From contig OZ250169.1 of NCBI GenBank assembly GCA_965237955.1, positions 1,248,001-1,312,000 of the forward strand: a stretch of 64,000 nucleotides of DNA, in the 5' to 3' direction. Of the stretch, positions 21,978 to 31,961 are shown in pieces (within the stretch, counting starts at the first letter, position 1; each line of letters begins with the position of its first letter). Made by a program: the position numbers and the translations under genes. Below the pieces are notes generated by a model. The model worked only from the letters and a program-made list of their open reading frames with translations. It did no database searches and was not told the DNA's origin. The DNA is from Candidatus Marinacidobacterales bacterium (GTDB taxonomy: Bacteria; Acidobacteriota; Vicinamibacteria; Marinacidobacterales; SMYC01).

Positions 21978-23693
21978 ATGTCAGCGCATTTGATCGAGCC
22001 GCATGGTGGAGCCCTGACGAACCTCGTCGTCGAGCCGGAGCGGCAGACCGAGCTCAAGGCGAACTCGACCGACTGGCCGTCCTGGGACCTCACCCCACGC
22101 CAACTCTGTGACCTCGAGCTCGTGCTGAACGGCGGGTTCTCGCCACTCACGGGTTTCCTCGGCCGCTCGGACTACGAGTCCGTGTGCTCGGACATGCGTC
22201 TCGAGAGTGGGCTCCTGTGGCCGATACCGATCACCCTCGACGTGACCGAAGAACGTGCCAAAGAGCTGGACTCCGACGCCAAGCTAGCGCTTCGCGATCC
22301 GGAGGGCGTCATGCTCGCTGTCCTTCACGTCGATGACGTGTGGCAGCCCGATCGCGAGGCGGAAGTCGAGGCCGTGTTCGGCACGACCAATCCAGAGCAT
22401 CCCGGAGTCGGATACACGTTGAACCAGGCTCATCCTTACTACGTCGGCGGACGGCTCGAGGGAGTGCAGCTACCGATCCACCATGACTTTCGTGCGCTCC
22501 GCTTCGCCCCCAAGAGGCTTCGCGAAGAGTTCGGCCGGCTCGGGTGGCGGAAGATCGTCGCGTTTCAAACGCGCAACCCCATGCACCGCGCTCATCACGA
22601 GCTGACGCTGCGTGCCGCGAAGAAAGTCGAAGCGAATCTTCTGATTCACCCTGTCGTCGGCATGACCAAACCCGGCGACCTCGATCACTACACACGAGTG
22701 CGTTGTTACCAAGCCATCGCGTCCCACTACCCGCGGAACACCGCGCGTCTGTCGCTCCTGCCGCTCGCGATGCGCATGGGAGGGCCGCGCGAAGCGGTGT
22801 GGCACGCGATCATCCGCAAGAACTACGGTTGCACCCACCTCATAATAGGGCGCGACCACGCCGGCCCGGGAAGCGATTCGAGCGGCAAACCGTTCTACGG
22901 TCCGTACGACGCTCAGGAGCTCTTGCAGAAACACGAAAAAGAGAGCGGCGTGGCGATGGTGCCGTTCAAGATGATGGTGTATCTCGAAGACAAAGATACC
23001 TACATGCCGCAGGACGAAGTCGAGGAAGGCACCCGCGTGCTAAGCATTTCAGGGACGGAGCTCCGTGAACGCCTCGCGGGCGGCAAAGATCTTCCCGAGT
23101 GGTTCACGTTTCCCGCCGTCGCCCAAGAGCTCAGAAAAACGCATCCGCCGCGAGAACGTCAGGGCTTCACCGTGTTCTTCACCGGCCTATCGGGTTCCGG
23201 CAAATCGACGATCGCCAACGTGCTCCTCGTCAAGCTTCTCGAAATGGGCGGCCGTCCGGTGACGATCCTCGACGGCGACCTCGTGCGCAAGAACTTGTCG
23301 TCGGAGCTCGGTTTCTCCAAAGAGCACCGCGACATCAATATCCGCCGTATCGGCTACGTGGCGTCGGAGATCACCAAAAACGGCGGCATCGCCGTGTGTG
23401 CGCCGATCGCGCCGTACGCCTCCGTGCGCAAGGAAGTCGAGGCGATGATTGCCCCCCTCGGCGGCTACATCCTGGTCCACGTCGCGACTCCCCTCGAAGT
23501 TTGTGAGAAACGCGATCGCAAGGGGATGTACGCCAAAGCACGCGCGGGAATCATCAAAGAGTTCACCGGCATCTCCGATCCTTACGAGGAGCCCGAGAAC
23601 GCGGCGTTGACGATCGACACGACCGACAAGAGCCCGGAGGAAGCCGCGCAGGAGATCATCCTCCACCTCGAAAGCCTCGGGTTCATCGGGTGA
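21978..23693 (+). CDS. sat: Bifunctional sulfate adenylyltransferase / adenylyl-sulfate kinase (PAPS synthase)
   Basis: FQTRNPMHRAH and GRDHAG (ATP sulfurylase); FTGLSGSGKST, LDGD, FTGISDPYE (APS kinase); AGGAG SD. Confidence 0.97.
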   Translation: MSAHLIEPHGGALTNLVVEPERQTELKANSTDWPSWDLTPRQLCDLELVLNGGFSPLTGFLGRSDYESVCSDMRLESGLLWPIPITLDVTEERAKELDSDAKLALRDPEGVMLAVLHVDDVWQPDREAEVEAVFGTTNPEHPGVGYTLNQAHPYYVGGRLEGVQLPIHHDFRALRFAPKRLREEFGRLGWRKIVAFQTRNPMHRAHHELTLRAAKKVEANLLIHPVVGMTKPGDLDHYTRVRCYQAIASHYPRNTARLSLLPLAMRMGGPREAVWHAIIRKNYGCTHLIIGRDHAGPGSDSSGKPFYGPYDAQELLQKHEKESGVAMVPFKMMVYLEDKDTYMPQDEVEEGTRVLSISGTELRERLAGGKDLPEWFTFPAVAQELRKTHPPRERQGFTVFFTGLSGSGKSTIANVLLVKLLEMGGRPVTILDGDLVRKNLSSELGFSKEHRDINIRRIGYVASEITKNGGIAVCAPIAPYASVRKEVEAMIAPLGGYILVHVATPLEVCEKRDRKGMYAKARAGIIKEFTGISDPYEEPENAALTIDTTDKSPEEAAQEIILHLESLGFIG

Positions 23694-24490
23694 GCGATCC
23701 GATCCTCGCGCGCATCGCAGAAGCGCTTCGAGCATCCGCGGAGATCTTCCGGGACTACGAGCCGGGAAAAGTCGAGGCGAAGGAAAAGGCCGGTGGCGAC
23801 CCCGTCACCGAAGCGGACAACGCCGTCAACGAGGTGCTCCACAAGCTGTTGCCCCGCGACGGCGAGGGCTGGCTTTCCGAAGAGACGACGGATGATCTTC
23901 GTCGTCTCGAGGCGCGTCGCGTTTGGGTCGTCGACCCGCTCGACGGCACCAAGGAGTTCGTTTTGGGCATTCCGGAATGGTGCGTCTCGATCGGCTACGT
24001 CGAGGACGGCGTCCCGACGGCGGGTGGTATCTTCAACCCGCAGAGTGGCGAGACGATCCTCGGCGGACGCGGCGAAGGGGTTCTCTACAACGGCGAAGCG
24101 GCAACGATGAGCCAGCGCGACCGTCTCGAAGGAGCCGTCGTTCTCGGAAGCCGTAGCGAGTCCAAGCGCGGCGAATGGGATCTCTTCGACGACGCGCCCT
24201 TCACCGTACGCCCCATGGGCTCGGTGGCGTACAAGCTCGGCCTCGTCGCCGCCGGCAAGGCGGACGCTACCTGGACGGTCATTCCCAAGAACGAATGGGA
24301 CGTCGCAGCCGGCGTCGCCCTCGTGCTCGCGGGCGCAGGCGTTGCCTACGAGCCCGATGGAACACCGCGCACGTTCAACAGCCGCGATCCACTTCTGAGC
24401 GGTCTCGTCGCCCACCCGACGGCGCTGGCCACGGACGTCAAACCCGTGGTCGAACGCCACCGACTCTCCCAGGCAGCGCGGGCGCGCTAG
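23690..24490 (+). CDS. cysQ: 3'(2'),5'-bisphosphate nucleotidase (inositol monophosphatase family)
   Basis: PVTEAD, LSEE, WVVDPLDGTKEF, EWDVAAG; translationally coupled to sat. Confidence 0.9.
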   Translation: MSDPILARIAEALRASAEIFRDYEPGKVEAKEKAGGDPVTEADNAVNEVLHKLLPRDGEGWLSEETTDDLRRLEARRVWVVDPLDGTKEFVLGIPEWCVSIGYVEDGVPTAGGIFNPQSGETILGGRGEGVLYNGEAATMSQRDRLEGAVVLGSRSESKRGEWDLFDDAPFTVRPMGSVAYKLGLVAAGKADATWTVIPKNEWDVAAGVALVLAGAGVAYEPDGTPRTFNSRDPLLSGLVAHPTALATDVKPVVERHRLSQAARAR

Positions 24491-24744
24491 CGAAGCTTCA
24501 GCAGTGCAATCACTCACCAGTGCCACGTCGACGTCGCTGGAGCGATCATGGTCTCGCCTTTCCTTTCATTGATGAGCGTTTCGTAACCACGGCCGCTCGA
24601 GCGCATTTTGAAATAATCCCCAACCGCATTGTCCAGCACGTAATTGACCCTGGTCTTTCTTCAGGAACATCGTTCGACAGAGTCTTATCTTGGGGTGGTA
24701 CAAGTTCTTAATGGAGAATTATCGTGTTATGATATTATCGTATC

Positions 24745-25035
24745 GTGATACAAGACTTCGGCAATCGACTGGCGGAGGATCTCTATGACGACAAAAATAC
24801 AAAGGCGGTCAGGCGAATTCCGAAAGAGTTACACCGAAGAGCTCGACGCAAGCTGTTGTATTTACATGAAGCGGCAGAGCTCCAAGATTTGCGCGAACCA
24901 CCCGGTAACAGGTTGGAAGCCTTCAAGGGTGATTGGAAGGGCTTTCATTCCATTCGCAGTAATGATCAGTGGCGAATCGTTTTCCGGTGGCAAAGTAGCA
25001 ACGCTTATGATGTGCATGTCATCGATTATCACTGA
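24745..25035 (+). CDS. higB: HigB-type RelE/ParE toxin
   Basis: LREPPGNRLE...HSIRSNDQWRIVFRW...IIDYH signature. Confidence 0.9.
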   Translation: MIQDFGNRLAEDLYDDKNTKAVRRIPKELHRRARRKLLYLHEAAELQDLREPPGNRLEAFKGDWKGFHSIRSNDQWRIVFRWQSSNAYDVHVIDYH

Positions 25036-25054
25036 TGACGGGGGTTATTTTTAT

Positions 25055-26770
25055 GCCTCTCCTGCCATTTCAGTGGATCCTCTCGAGGGTGAGACCGCCA
25101 CAGTTTAGGTAGACGAGACTGATGAGAGCTTCGGCAGAGTGGAGTCCAAAGCTGCGGTGGCTCAGCAGCCTGATTTTGTTGTTCATTCCTTCGAGTCGGC
25201 CGTTGCTGAGTCTCCACGTGACCCACGCGATGACGCCATCGAAGTGGCTGCTCATCTTCGCCGCGCGTTTGACGGGCTCTATCCTCGAGCTCATAGCGCG
25301 CCGCAGCCATCCTCGGAGAAACTTCTTGGCCCATGTCTCGGTTTTGTAGGTGTAGAGGTCCATGAAGTCGTCGCGCAGAAGCATGGCGCGGTAGAGGCGA
25401 CGATTAGCTCGCACCTGCTCGCGGAGCACCCGTTTGTCTTTCGCGCTGCGGTTGTGTTTGGCCTTGAGAAGGGGAAACTTGGTGTTCTTGAGGTTGCGCC
25501 GGGCAGTCCCTTTGAGCTCGCGCACCAGCTCGCGCCGGGTCTTATCCACGGCCTCGTTCAGATGCTTGACGATGTGGAAGCGGTCAAAGATCACCCGTGC
25601 CTGAGGAGCCTTTTTGCCGACGACAGTTATGTACGGCTCCCACATGTCCATGCTGACCGCTTCGAGCTCCGCGGCTCTTTGTGGTCCGAGCTTGCGGAAA
25701 AACCGCAGCAGCGTCTTGGCCTTGCGCTCCTTTCCCGCCCAGACGACCCGGCCGCTGAGATGGTCTATTACCACTGTTAAGTACTTGTGGCGTTTGCGGT
25801 AGCTGATCTCGTCCATCCCAATCACCCGCAATCCATCGAGCTCGCGCCGCTCATCCCGCTGCTCGGCAACCACTCGCTGGATGATCCGTCGCACCGAACG
25901 CCACGTCACTCGGAAATAGTTCGCTACGGCGCTGACGTCCGTCCTCTGTGCCAGCCACGCTACCTCTTGTTCGAAGCTTTTGGTAAAGCGGCTTCCCTTG
26001 TCTGCCCAAGGCACCTTTTCTCTGACCACTCCACACCGCCGACATACCACTCGTCGGATCGAGTAGCGAAGATAGGTCCGGACTCCGAACAGGTCCAAGT
26101 GCCGCCAGTAGCGATTGTAGCGATCTTTGTTCTTGCGGACCTTTCGTCCGCAAATCCCGCACAGAGGCTTCCTCCTCCGTGGTACTACATCCACCACCAC
26201 TCTGGCTTTGTCCGCCTGGAAGTAGAAACCTCGGACCCACAGGCCTTGCAATCCGATGAGCTTGTTGACTAACGTAGTAACGCGCATCGCGGGAACGCTC
26301 TTTTCTCTTTCGGAAAAAAAGATTCTAGCGTTCTCGCCGATGCGCATCTACACATGGCTTACCCTCTCAACCCACGGGCCTCACCAAATGCCACTGCCCC
26401 TCAGCGAGAGACGAGGCTGTGGGAAACGCCCCCACGGTTCTGGTCGTTCAGACCTTGCTCACGACTGAGTTCTCTTCGAAGCCTGGAAGGGCGTTTTCCA
26501 TAGCCTCCACTAATCGAGCCCCCCCTTCCTTATTCCATATGAATTAATCTTTCTTGTATATATATCAGGAGGGGCCTGTGGGCGCTCGTGGGAAACGCGA
26601 AGCGTTTTCCAAGCGATTGTGGAAAACGCCGCTCCACGTTTGTACGTGCTCACAACCTTTCCCTAAACGCCTCTCTCGCCCGGAGTTTCCGGCGTTTTCC
26701 ACAATCGCGGCAGCGTCCATAGGCCATGCCCTCCAACACAAATCAGATCCCCCGAAACGACAGGAGAACC
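25055..26770 (-). mobile_element. ISL3-family element inserted between higB and higA
   Basis: 8-bp TSD ATTTTTAT (25047-25054, 26771-26778); TIR gcctctcctgccatttc / gaaacgacaggagaacc. Confidence 0.93.
25070..26287 (-). CDS. ISL3 transposase
   Basis: Zn finger (CGICG...CRRCG), GMDEISYRK, SMDMW, FDRFH, SNGRLEGMNNKI. Confidence 0.93.
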   Translation of the reverse strand: MRVTTLVNKLIGLQGLWVRGFYFQADKARVVVDVVPRRRKPLCGICGRKVRKNKDRYNRYWRHLDLFGVRTYLRYSIRRVVCRRCGVVREKVPWADKGSRFTKSFEQEVAWLAQRTDVSAVANYFRVTWRSVRRIIQRVVAEQRDERRELDGLRVIGMDEISYRKRHKYLTVVIDHLSGRVVWAGKERKAKTLLRFFRKLGPQRAAELEAVSMDMWEPYITVVGKKAPQARVIFDRFHIVKHLNEAVDKTRRELVRELKGTARRNLKNTKFPLLKAKHNRSAKDKRVLREQVRANRRLYRAMLLRDDFMDLYTYKTETWAKKFLRGWLRRAMSSRIEPVKRAAKMSSHFDGVIAWVTWRLSNGRLEGMNNKIRLLSHRSFGLHSAEALISLVYLNCGGLTLERIH

Positions 26771-26776
26771 ATTTTT

Positions 26777-27046
26777 ATGAGGCAGCCAACTAATCCGTTT
26801 CATCCTGGGGAAATTCTCGCTGAGGAGTTTTTGAATCCGGCAGGAATCACGCAAACTGCTTTTGCGGAGAAGATAGGCTGGACGCGGGCCCGTCTCAACG
26901 AGCTCATCAACGGGAAGCGCGGAATAACGGCTGACGCAGCGTTGGACCTCGCTGAAGCGTTGGGCACCACCGCCAAATTATGGATGAATCTTCAGACCAC
27001 CTATGACCTAAATCGCGCTAAGAAACGAAGAGAGCAGGTCGCTTGA
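26777..27046 (+). CDS. higA: HigA-family antitoxin
   Basis: HPGEILAEEFL...ELINGKRGITAD.ALDL...WMNLQ..YDL. Confidence 0.93.
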   Translation: MRQPTNPFHPGEILAEEFLNPAGITQTAFAEKIGWTRARLNELINGKRGITADAALDLAEALGTTAKLWMNLQTTYDLNRAKKRREQVA

Positions 27047-27121
27047 TACTATCCTGAACTCCCACCGGATTTTGCAATCTGTTCTCCGGGACTTGCGATC
27101 CTATGAGGTCCCGTTTGCGTC

Positions 27122-27202
27122 GAGGTGCCGATCGACTTCATCGAGCTTCTGAGCATCTACCACTTGTTCGGCGATCCCGCGCTCACCCTTCGTCCCAACT
27201 AG
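27122..27202 (+). pseudogene. C-terminal remnant of a C25 (gingipain-like) peptidase gene
   Basis: IELLSIYHLFGDPALTLRPN* matches the typical C25 end motif (LxGDP). Confidence 0.5.
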
Positions 27203-27819
27203 CCGCGGTTGCGGTAGAGCTTTTCGTCGACGGCCCCGGCCATCTTCTCGGGGGCGAGTGGAAGGCCCAAGAACTCCTTGATGCGACGGGCCTGCTCGAG
27301 CGGATTGGCCACAGCATCCTTATACGGAATCTCGAGAGACTCCAGGTGGTCGGCGTGTTTCAGGAGGTAGTTGACCTTCCACAAGTGGTCTTTCCAGAGC
27401 TCGAGCATTTTCTCGTCCTCGATCTCATTGGCCTCCCCCCGACGATCGAGCATTTTTTGCTGGGACGCGAGCACCTCCGGTAGGTCTCGCCGCATGAAGA
27501 TGACCTTGTAGTTGTTCGTCTCCGGAAGGTCCTTGAGAAGAAAGGAGATGATCTTGACCGCCTTGCCGCGCGCCTCGCGAAGCCAGCCACGGTCTTTGCC
27601 ATCCTTATCGGCCTTGTGGAGATCCTTGACCCGCTCGTCCTCGAAATAACCCTTGGGGTTGTCCTCGCCGGCTTTGCGCACGCCGTCGGTGATGGCGCTG
27701 ACACCTGCGGCCGCCAGCATTTGCATTGCCATCGAGGTACCCGAGCGCGGAAGCCCCGAGACCACGATCACGGGCTCTCCGTAGCGGATCCTTCGATAGA
27801 GGCGATAAAGTCTCTTCAT
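27199..27819 (-). CDS. PAPS-dependent sulfotransferase family protein
   Basis: 5'-PSB loop VSGLPRSGTS; NPKGYFE; 3'-PB-like IFMRRDLPEVLASQ. Confidence 0.88.
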   Translation of the reverse strand: MKRLYRLYRRIRYGEPVIVVSGLPRSGTSMAMQMLAAAGVSAITDGVRKAGEDNPKGYFEDERVKDLHKADKDGKDRGWLREARGKAVKIISFLLKDLPETNNYKVIFMRRDLPEVLASQQKMLDRRGEANEIEDEKMLELWKDHLWKVNYLLKHADHLESLEIPYKDAVANPLEQARRIKEFLGLPLAPEKMAGAVDEKLYRNRG

Positions 27820-27870
27820 CCCAACAGAGCATGCTACACTATCCCGTCCTCCCCTTTTGAGATAGACTAA

Positions 27871-29982
27871 TTGGTTCTGTTTCGTCTCGTCGTTTTGGTA
27901 GTGGGTCTGGTGCTCCTCGTGGCCCCACAACCGGCCGAAGCCTACATCGGCCCCGGCGCCGGCTTCGCGCTACTGTCGTCGTTTCTGATCGTATTCACCA
28001 CGATCCTGATCGCGATGGCGTCGCTCCTCATCTGGCCCTTGCGGATGGCGTGGCGCTTTTTCGGGAGGAAGACGCAAGCGAAGCCCCTGGTCAAGAGGCT
28101 CATCATCGTCGGCTTCGACGGCCAGGACCCGAAGCTGACCGAGAAGTTCATGAAGCAAGGGATTCTGCCCAATATGGAGAAGCTCGCTAAAGCGGGCTGC
28201 TACACGAAGCTGGGGACGACTTACCCGGCCATCTCTCCGGTCGCGTGGTCGTCGTTCGCAACCGGCACGAACCCCGCACGGCACAACATCTTCGACTTCC
28301 TCGATCGGGATCGCCGAACCTATCTTCCGCTTCTATCGTCGACGCACATCGGTAGCGTCGAACGCTTTCTCAAGATCGGCCCCTACCGGATTCCTTTGAA
28401 CAAGCCGGAGGTGAGGCTCCTTCGGAAATCGACACCGTTCTGGTCGATCCTCGGCGAGCACAACATCTGGAGCACGGTGCTTCGCGTGCCCATAACCTTC
28501 CCACCGGACAAGTTCTATGGCGCTCAGCTCTCCGCGATGTGCGTCCCCGATCTCCTTGGCACGCAGGGCACGTTCCTTCTGTACACGACGCGACCCGCGG
28601 AGCAGAAGTTCAAAGAAGGCGGCCTCAGGTTCCAGCTCGAGAAAAACGGCGACCGGATGGAGACCACTCTCCAGGGTCCCGAGAATATGTTTCGTGACGG
28701 CAATCCTCCTCTCGAGGTCCCGGTTGTCATCGACGTGGACCGCTCGTCCGGAAAGACTCGCGTGAGCGTCGATGGCGAGACGATGGAGCTCGAACCGATG
28801 AAGCTATCGGATTGGATTCCGATATCGTTCAAGGCCGCGCCTACCATCAAAGTCTCCGGCATCTGCCGCATGATGGTGACGGAAATGGACGATCACTTCT
28901 CCCTGTATGTCACGCCGATCAACATCGATCCCGACAAGCCGGCGATGCCGATCTCGCATCCTTCTTATTACGCAACCTACCTGTCGAAGAAGGTAGGACA
29001 TTTTTGCACGCTCGGCTTGGCGGAAGACACGTGGGCGCTCAACGAAGGGGTCACCGACGACGGCACGTTCCTGCAGCAGACCTACGACATCGACCGCGAG
29101 CGCCAGGACATGTTCTTCACGTCACTCGATCATCTGCGACGAGGGTCTCTCGTCTGTGTCTTCGACGCCACCGATCGCATCCAGCACATGTTCTGGCATT
29201 ACCTCGAAAAGGATCATCCGGCCAATCACGGAAACGGAATCGAAGATGCCGAGCACAAAGACGCCATCGAAGCCATCTACAAACACAACGACGTCCTCGT
29301 CGGCAAAGTCATGGACAAACTGAGAGACGGCGACGTGCTCATGGTGCTCTCCGACCACGGGTTCAATTCCTTCCAGCGCGGCGTCAACTTGAACCGGTGG
29401 CTGCAACAAGAAGGCTTGCTCGTGTTGAAGGACGGGGCGAGCGGCGAAGAGGAATGGCTCCAGGGTGTGGACTGGTCAAAAACCAGAGCCTACTCGCTCG
29501 GACTGACCGGCATGTTCCTCAACATGAAGGGTCGCGAGGCCCAAGGCATCGTCGAGCCCGGCAAGGAAGAAAAAGACGTCAAGGAAGAGATCATCGCCAA
29601 GCTGAGTGGCCTGAAAGACGAAGAGCGCGGCGCCGTCGGCATCAAAGAGGTCTTCGACACCAAGAAGATCTACGACGGTCCCTATTCGGAGAACGCACCC
29701 GACCTCATTATTGGGTACGACAACGGCTATCGAATCTCGTGGGATTGCGCCACCGGCATGGTCGCAGGAGCGGTGTTCGAAGACAACGTCAAAGCGTGGA
29801 GCGGAGATCACTGTGTGGATCCCAGGCTCGTACCCGGTGTCTTGTTCTCGAACTACCCCGTCGATTCCGAAGACCCGACCCTGCTCGACGTCGCGCCGAG
29901 CGCGTTGAAAATGTTCGGGCTCACGCCACCCAAGTACATGGAAGGCTCGTCGCTCTTCACCGAGGCGACGTTTCTAAAATGA
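27871..29982 (+). CDS. Alkaline phosphatase superfamily (type I phosphodiesterase-like) protein with signal peptide, YIGPG motif and TM helix
   Basis: IIVGFDG, PAISPVAWSSFATG, DRIQH, LSDHGF, WSGDH; N-terminal AEA|YIGPGAGF then a hydrophobic helix and basic patch. Confidence 0.88.
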   Translation: MVLFRLVVLVVGLVLLVAPQPAEAYIGPGAGFALLSSFLIVFTTILIAMASLLIWPLRMAWRFFGRKTQAKPLVKRLIIVGFDGQDPKLTEKFMKQGILPNMEKLAKAGCYTKLGTTYPAISPVAWSSFATGTNPARHNIFDFLDRDRRTYLPLLSSTHIGSVERFLKIGPYRIPLNKPEVRLLRKSTPFWSILGEHNIWSTVLRVPITFPPDKFYGAQLSAMCVPDLLGTQGTFLLYTTRPAEQKFKEGGLRFQLEKNGDRMETTLQGPENMFRDGNPPLEVPVVIDVDRSSGKTRVSVDGETMELEPMKLSDWIPISFKAAPTIKVSGICRMMVTEMDDHFSLYVTPINIDPDKPAMPISHPSYYATYLSKKVGHFCTLGLAEDTWALNEGVTDDGTFLQQTYDIDRERQDMFFTSLDHLRRGSLVCVFDATDRIQHMFWHYLEKDHPANHGNGIEDAEHKDAIEAIYKHNDVLVGKVMDKLRDGDVLMVLSDHGFNSFQRGVNLNRWLQQEGLLVLKDGASGEEEWLQGVDWSKTRAYSLGLTGMFLNMKGREAQGIVEPGKEEKDVKEEIIAKLSGLKDEERGAVGIKEVFDTKKIYDGPYSENAPDLIIGYDNGYRISWDCATGMVAGAVFEDNVKAWSGDHCVDPRLVPGVLFSNYPVDSEDPTLLDVAPSALKMFGLTPPKYMEGSSLFTEATFLK

Positions 29983-31952
29983 TGCGAGCTCTCGGTCTTG
30001 TCACGATCGCACTGATGGCGTCGACGTCGAGTGTCGGCTGTGGCACCGGCGACGACGCCAAGGCCTCCGGACCGCGCGTCATCGTCCTCGGGCTCGATGG
30101 CATGGACTACGCTCTCACCAAGAAGCTCATGGACGAAGGGCGCATGCCCAACTTCTCGAAAGTCGCGCAACAGGGCAGCTTCGCCCCTCTCGAGACCTCG
30201 GTGCCCCCTCAAAGCCCGGTAGCATGGTCGAACTTTATTACTGGCCTGGATTCCGGCGGCCACGGTATCTACGACTTCGTTCACCGCGATCCCGATACGA
30301 TGATCCCGTACCTCTCGACGAGCCGCACGAGCGGAGGCGGCAGGACGCTCGAGATCGGCAAGTATCAGTTCCCTCTCTCCGGAGGCTCGATCGAGCTTCT
30401 ACGAAAGGGCCGTGCCTTTTGGGAGGTCCTCGAGGCCCAGGGCATCCAGACCACGATCCTGCGCATGCCCGCGAACTTTCCGCCGTCCGGAACGGCCACC
30501 TACGAGCTCTCCGGTATGGGAACCCCTGACATCACCGGGACCTACGGCGAGTTCTCTTTCTACACGTCGAAGCTCTTCGCGTTCGTGGGACAAGACATCG
30601 CGAGCGGCGAGGTTTACGAAGTGGACATCTTCGACGGTGTCGTCGACGCCAGATTGTACGGCCCGGACAACCCGTTCCTGAAGGAGGCGGAGAAGCTCAC
30701 GTCGGAGTTCACCGTGTACCTCGATCCGGTGGACCCCATCGTCAAGCTGGTGGCAGGGACCGAGGAAGTAATCCTCAAAGAAGGCGAGTTCAGCGACTGG
30801 GTGCCGGTCGAGTTCCCGATGATCCCAACCCAGGCGCTCGCCGGCGTGGTTCGCTTTTATCTGCGCTCGGTACGCCCCGACTTCGAGCTCTATGCATCAC
30901 CGGTGAACTACGACCCACTCGACCCAGCACTTCCGATCTCGACCCCAGACGACTACGCTCGCGAGCTCGCTCGAGCGACCGGACGCTTCTACACGCAAGG
31001 CATGCCCGAGGACACCAAAGCCTTGGAGGGAGGTGTTCTCCATCCAGACGAGTTCCTGGCGCAGGCCGAGATCGCGGGCCAAGAGATCCTCGACCAATAC
31101 GAGTACGTGCTCGATCAGTTCAAAGGCGGCTTCCTCTTCTACTACACGGGGAACATCGATCAAATCAGCCACATGATGTGGAGGACGCTCGACCCCGAGC
31201 ACCCAGGCTACGACCCCGACGTCGACCCTCAGTACGCCGGGCTCATCGAAAGCCTCTACGTCGGCCTAGACGATGTCGTCGGTTACACGCTCGAGCGCAT
31301 GGGCGACGACACGACGTTGATCATCATGTCGGACCACGGTTTCACCTCGTGGAAGCGATCGTTTCACTTGAACGCGTGGCTGAAAGAGCACGGCTACCTC
31401 ACCGTCAAGAATCCCGACATGAAAAACGATCCCGGCATGTTCGTAAACGTCGACTGGGCGCACACCCAAGCGTACGCACTCGGAATGAACGGACTCTACT
31501 TGAACATGCGGGGGCGCGAGAAGAACGGGATCGTCACCGAGGGCCAGCGGGACGATCTCATGGAAAAGATCGCGCAGGACCTGCTCGCCGAGATCGATCT
31601 GGTCACCGAAATGCCCGCGGTGACGAAAGTCTACAAGCGCGAAGAGATTTTCAAAGACCGAGGCCACCTCGATATCGGCCCCGACATTATCGTCGGCTAC
31701 GCGAAAGGAACCCGGGGCTCGGGTCAATCGGCACTGGGTGCAGTAGGAAGCGAGCTCATCACCGATAACACCGGCGCCTGGAGCGGCGATCACACCATGG
31801 ACCACGAGGCCGTTCCTGGAATCCTGCTGACGAGCCGCGCTCTCAAAAAGCCGGCACCGAGGCTGCTGGATTTGGCGGCGGCCATTCTCGCCGAGTTCGG
31901 CATCGACACACCGATCAACCCAAGCGTCGACTTGGGACCTACGGACGACTGA
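29979..31952 (+). CDS. Alkaline phosphatase superfamily lipoprotein (paralog of the upstream gene)
   Basis: Lipobox SVG|C; VLGLDG, PPQSPVAWSNFITG, DQISH, MSDHGF, WSGDH; ATGA overlap with the upstream gene. Confidence 0.88.
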   Translation: MMRALGLVTIALMASTSSVGCGTGDDAKASGPRVIVLGLDGMDYALTKKLMDEGRMPNFSKVAQQGSFAPLETSVPPQSPVAWSNFITGLDSGGHGIYDFVHRDPDTMIPYLSTSRTSGGGRTLEIGKYQFPLSGGSIELLRKGRAFWEVLEAQGIQTTILRMPANFPPSGTATYELSGMGTPDITGTYGEFSFYTSKLFAFVGQDIASGEVYEVDIFDGVVDARLYGPDNPFLKEAEKLTSEFTVYLDPVDPIVKLVAGTEEVILKEGEFSDWVPVEFPMIPTQALAGVVRFYLRSVRPDFELYASPVNYDPLDPALPISTPDDYARELARATGRFYTQGMPEDTKALEGGVLHPDEFLAQAEIAGQEILDQYEYVLDQFKGGFLFYYTGNIDQISHMMWRTLDPEHPGYDPDVDPQYAGLIESLYVGLDDVVGYTLERMGDDTTLIIMSDHGFTSWKRSFHLNAWLKEHGYLTVKNPDMKNDPGMFVNVDWAHTQAYALGMNGLYLNMRGREKNGIVTEGQRDDLMEKIAQDLLAEIDLVTEMPAVTKVYKREEIFKDRGHLDIGPDIIVGYAKGTRGSGQSALGAVGSELITDNTGAWSGDHTMDHEAVPGILLTSRALKKPAPRLLDLAAAILAEFGIDTPINPSVDLGPTDD

Positions 31953-31961
31953 AGGGTCATT

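Noticed and set aside
21978-24490. Assimilatory or dissimilatory sulfate reduction operon
   Set aside because: No cysH, cysIJ, apr or dsr genes nearby; linkage to a sulfotransferase points to sulfation.
28812-29978. N-terminal extension making a 1046-aa ORF
   Set aside because: Out-of-frame overlap with the upstream gene and Arg-rich nonsense composition; the real start is 29979 with a lipoprotein signal.
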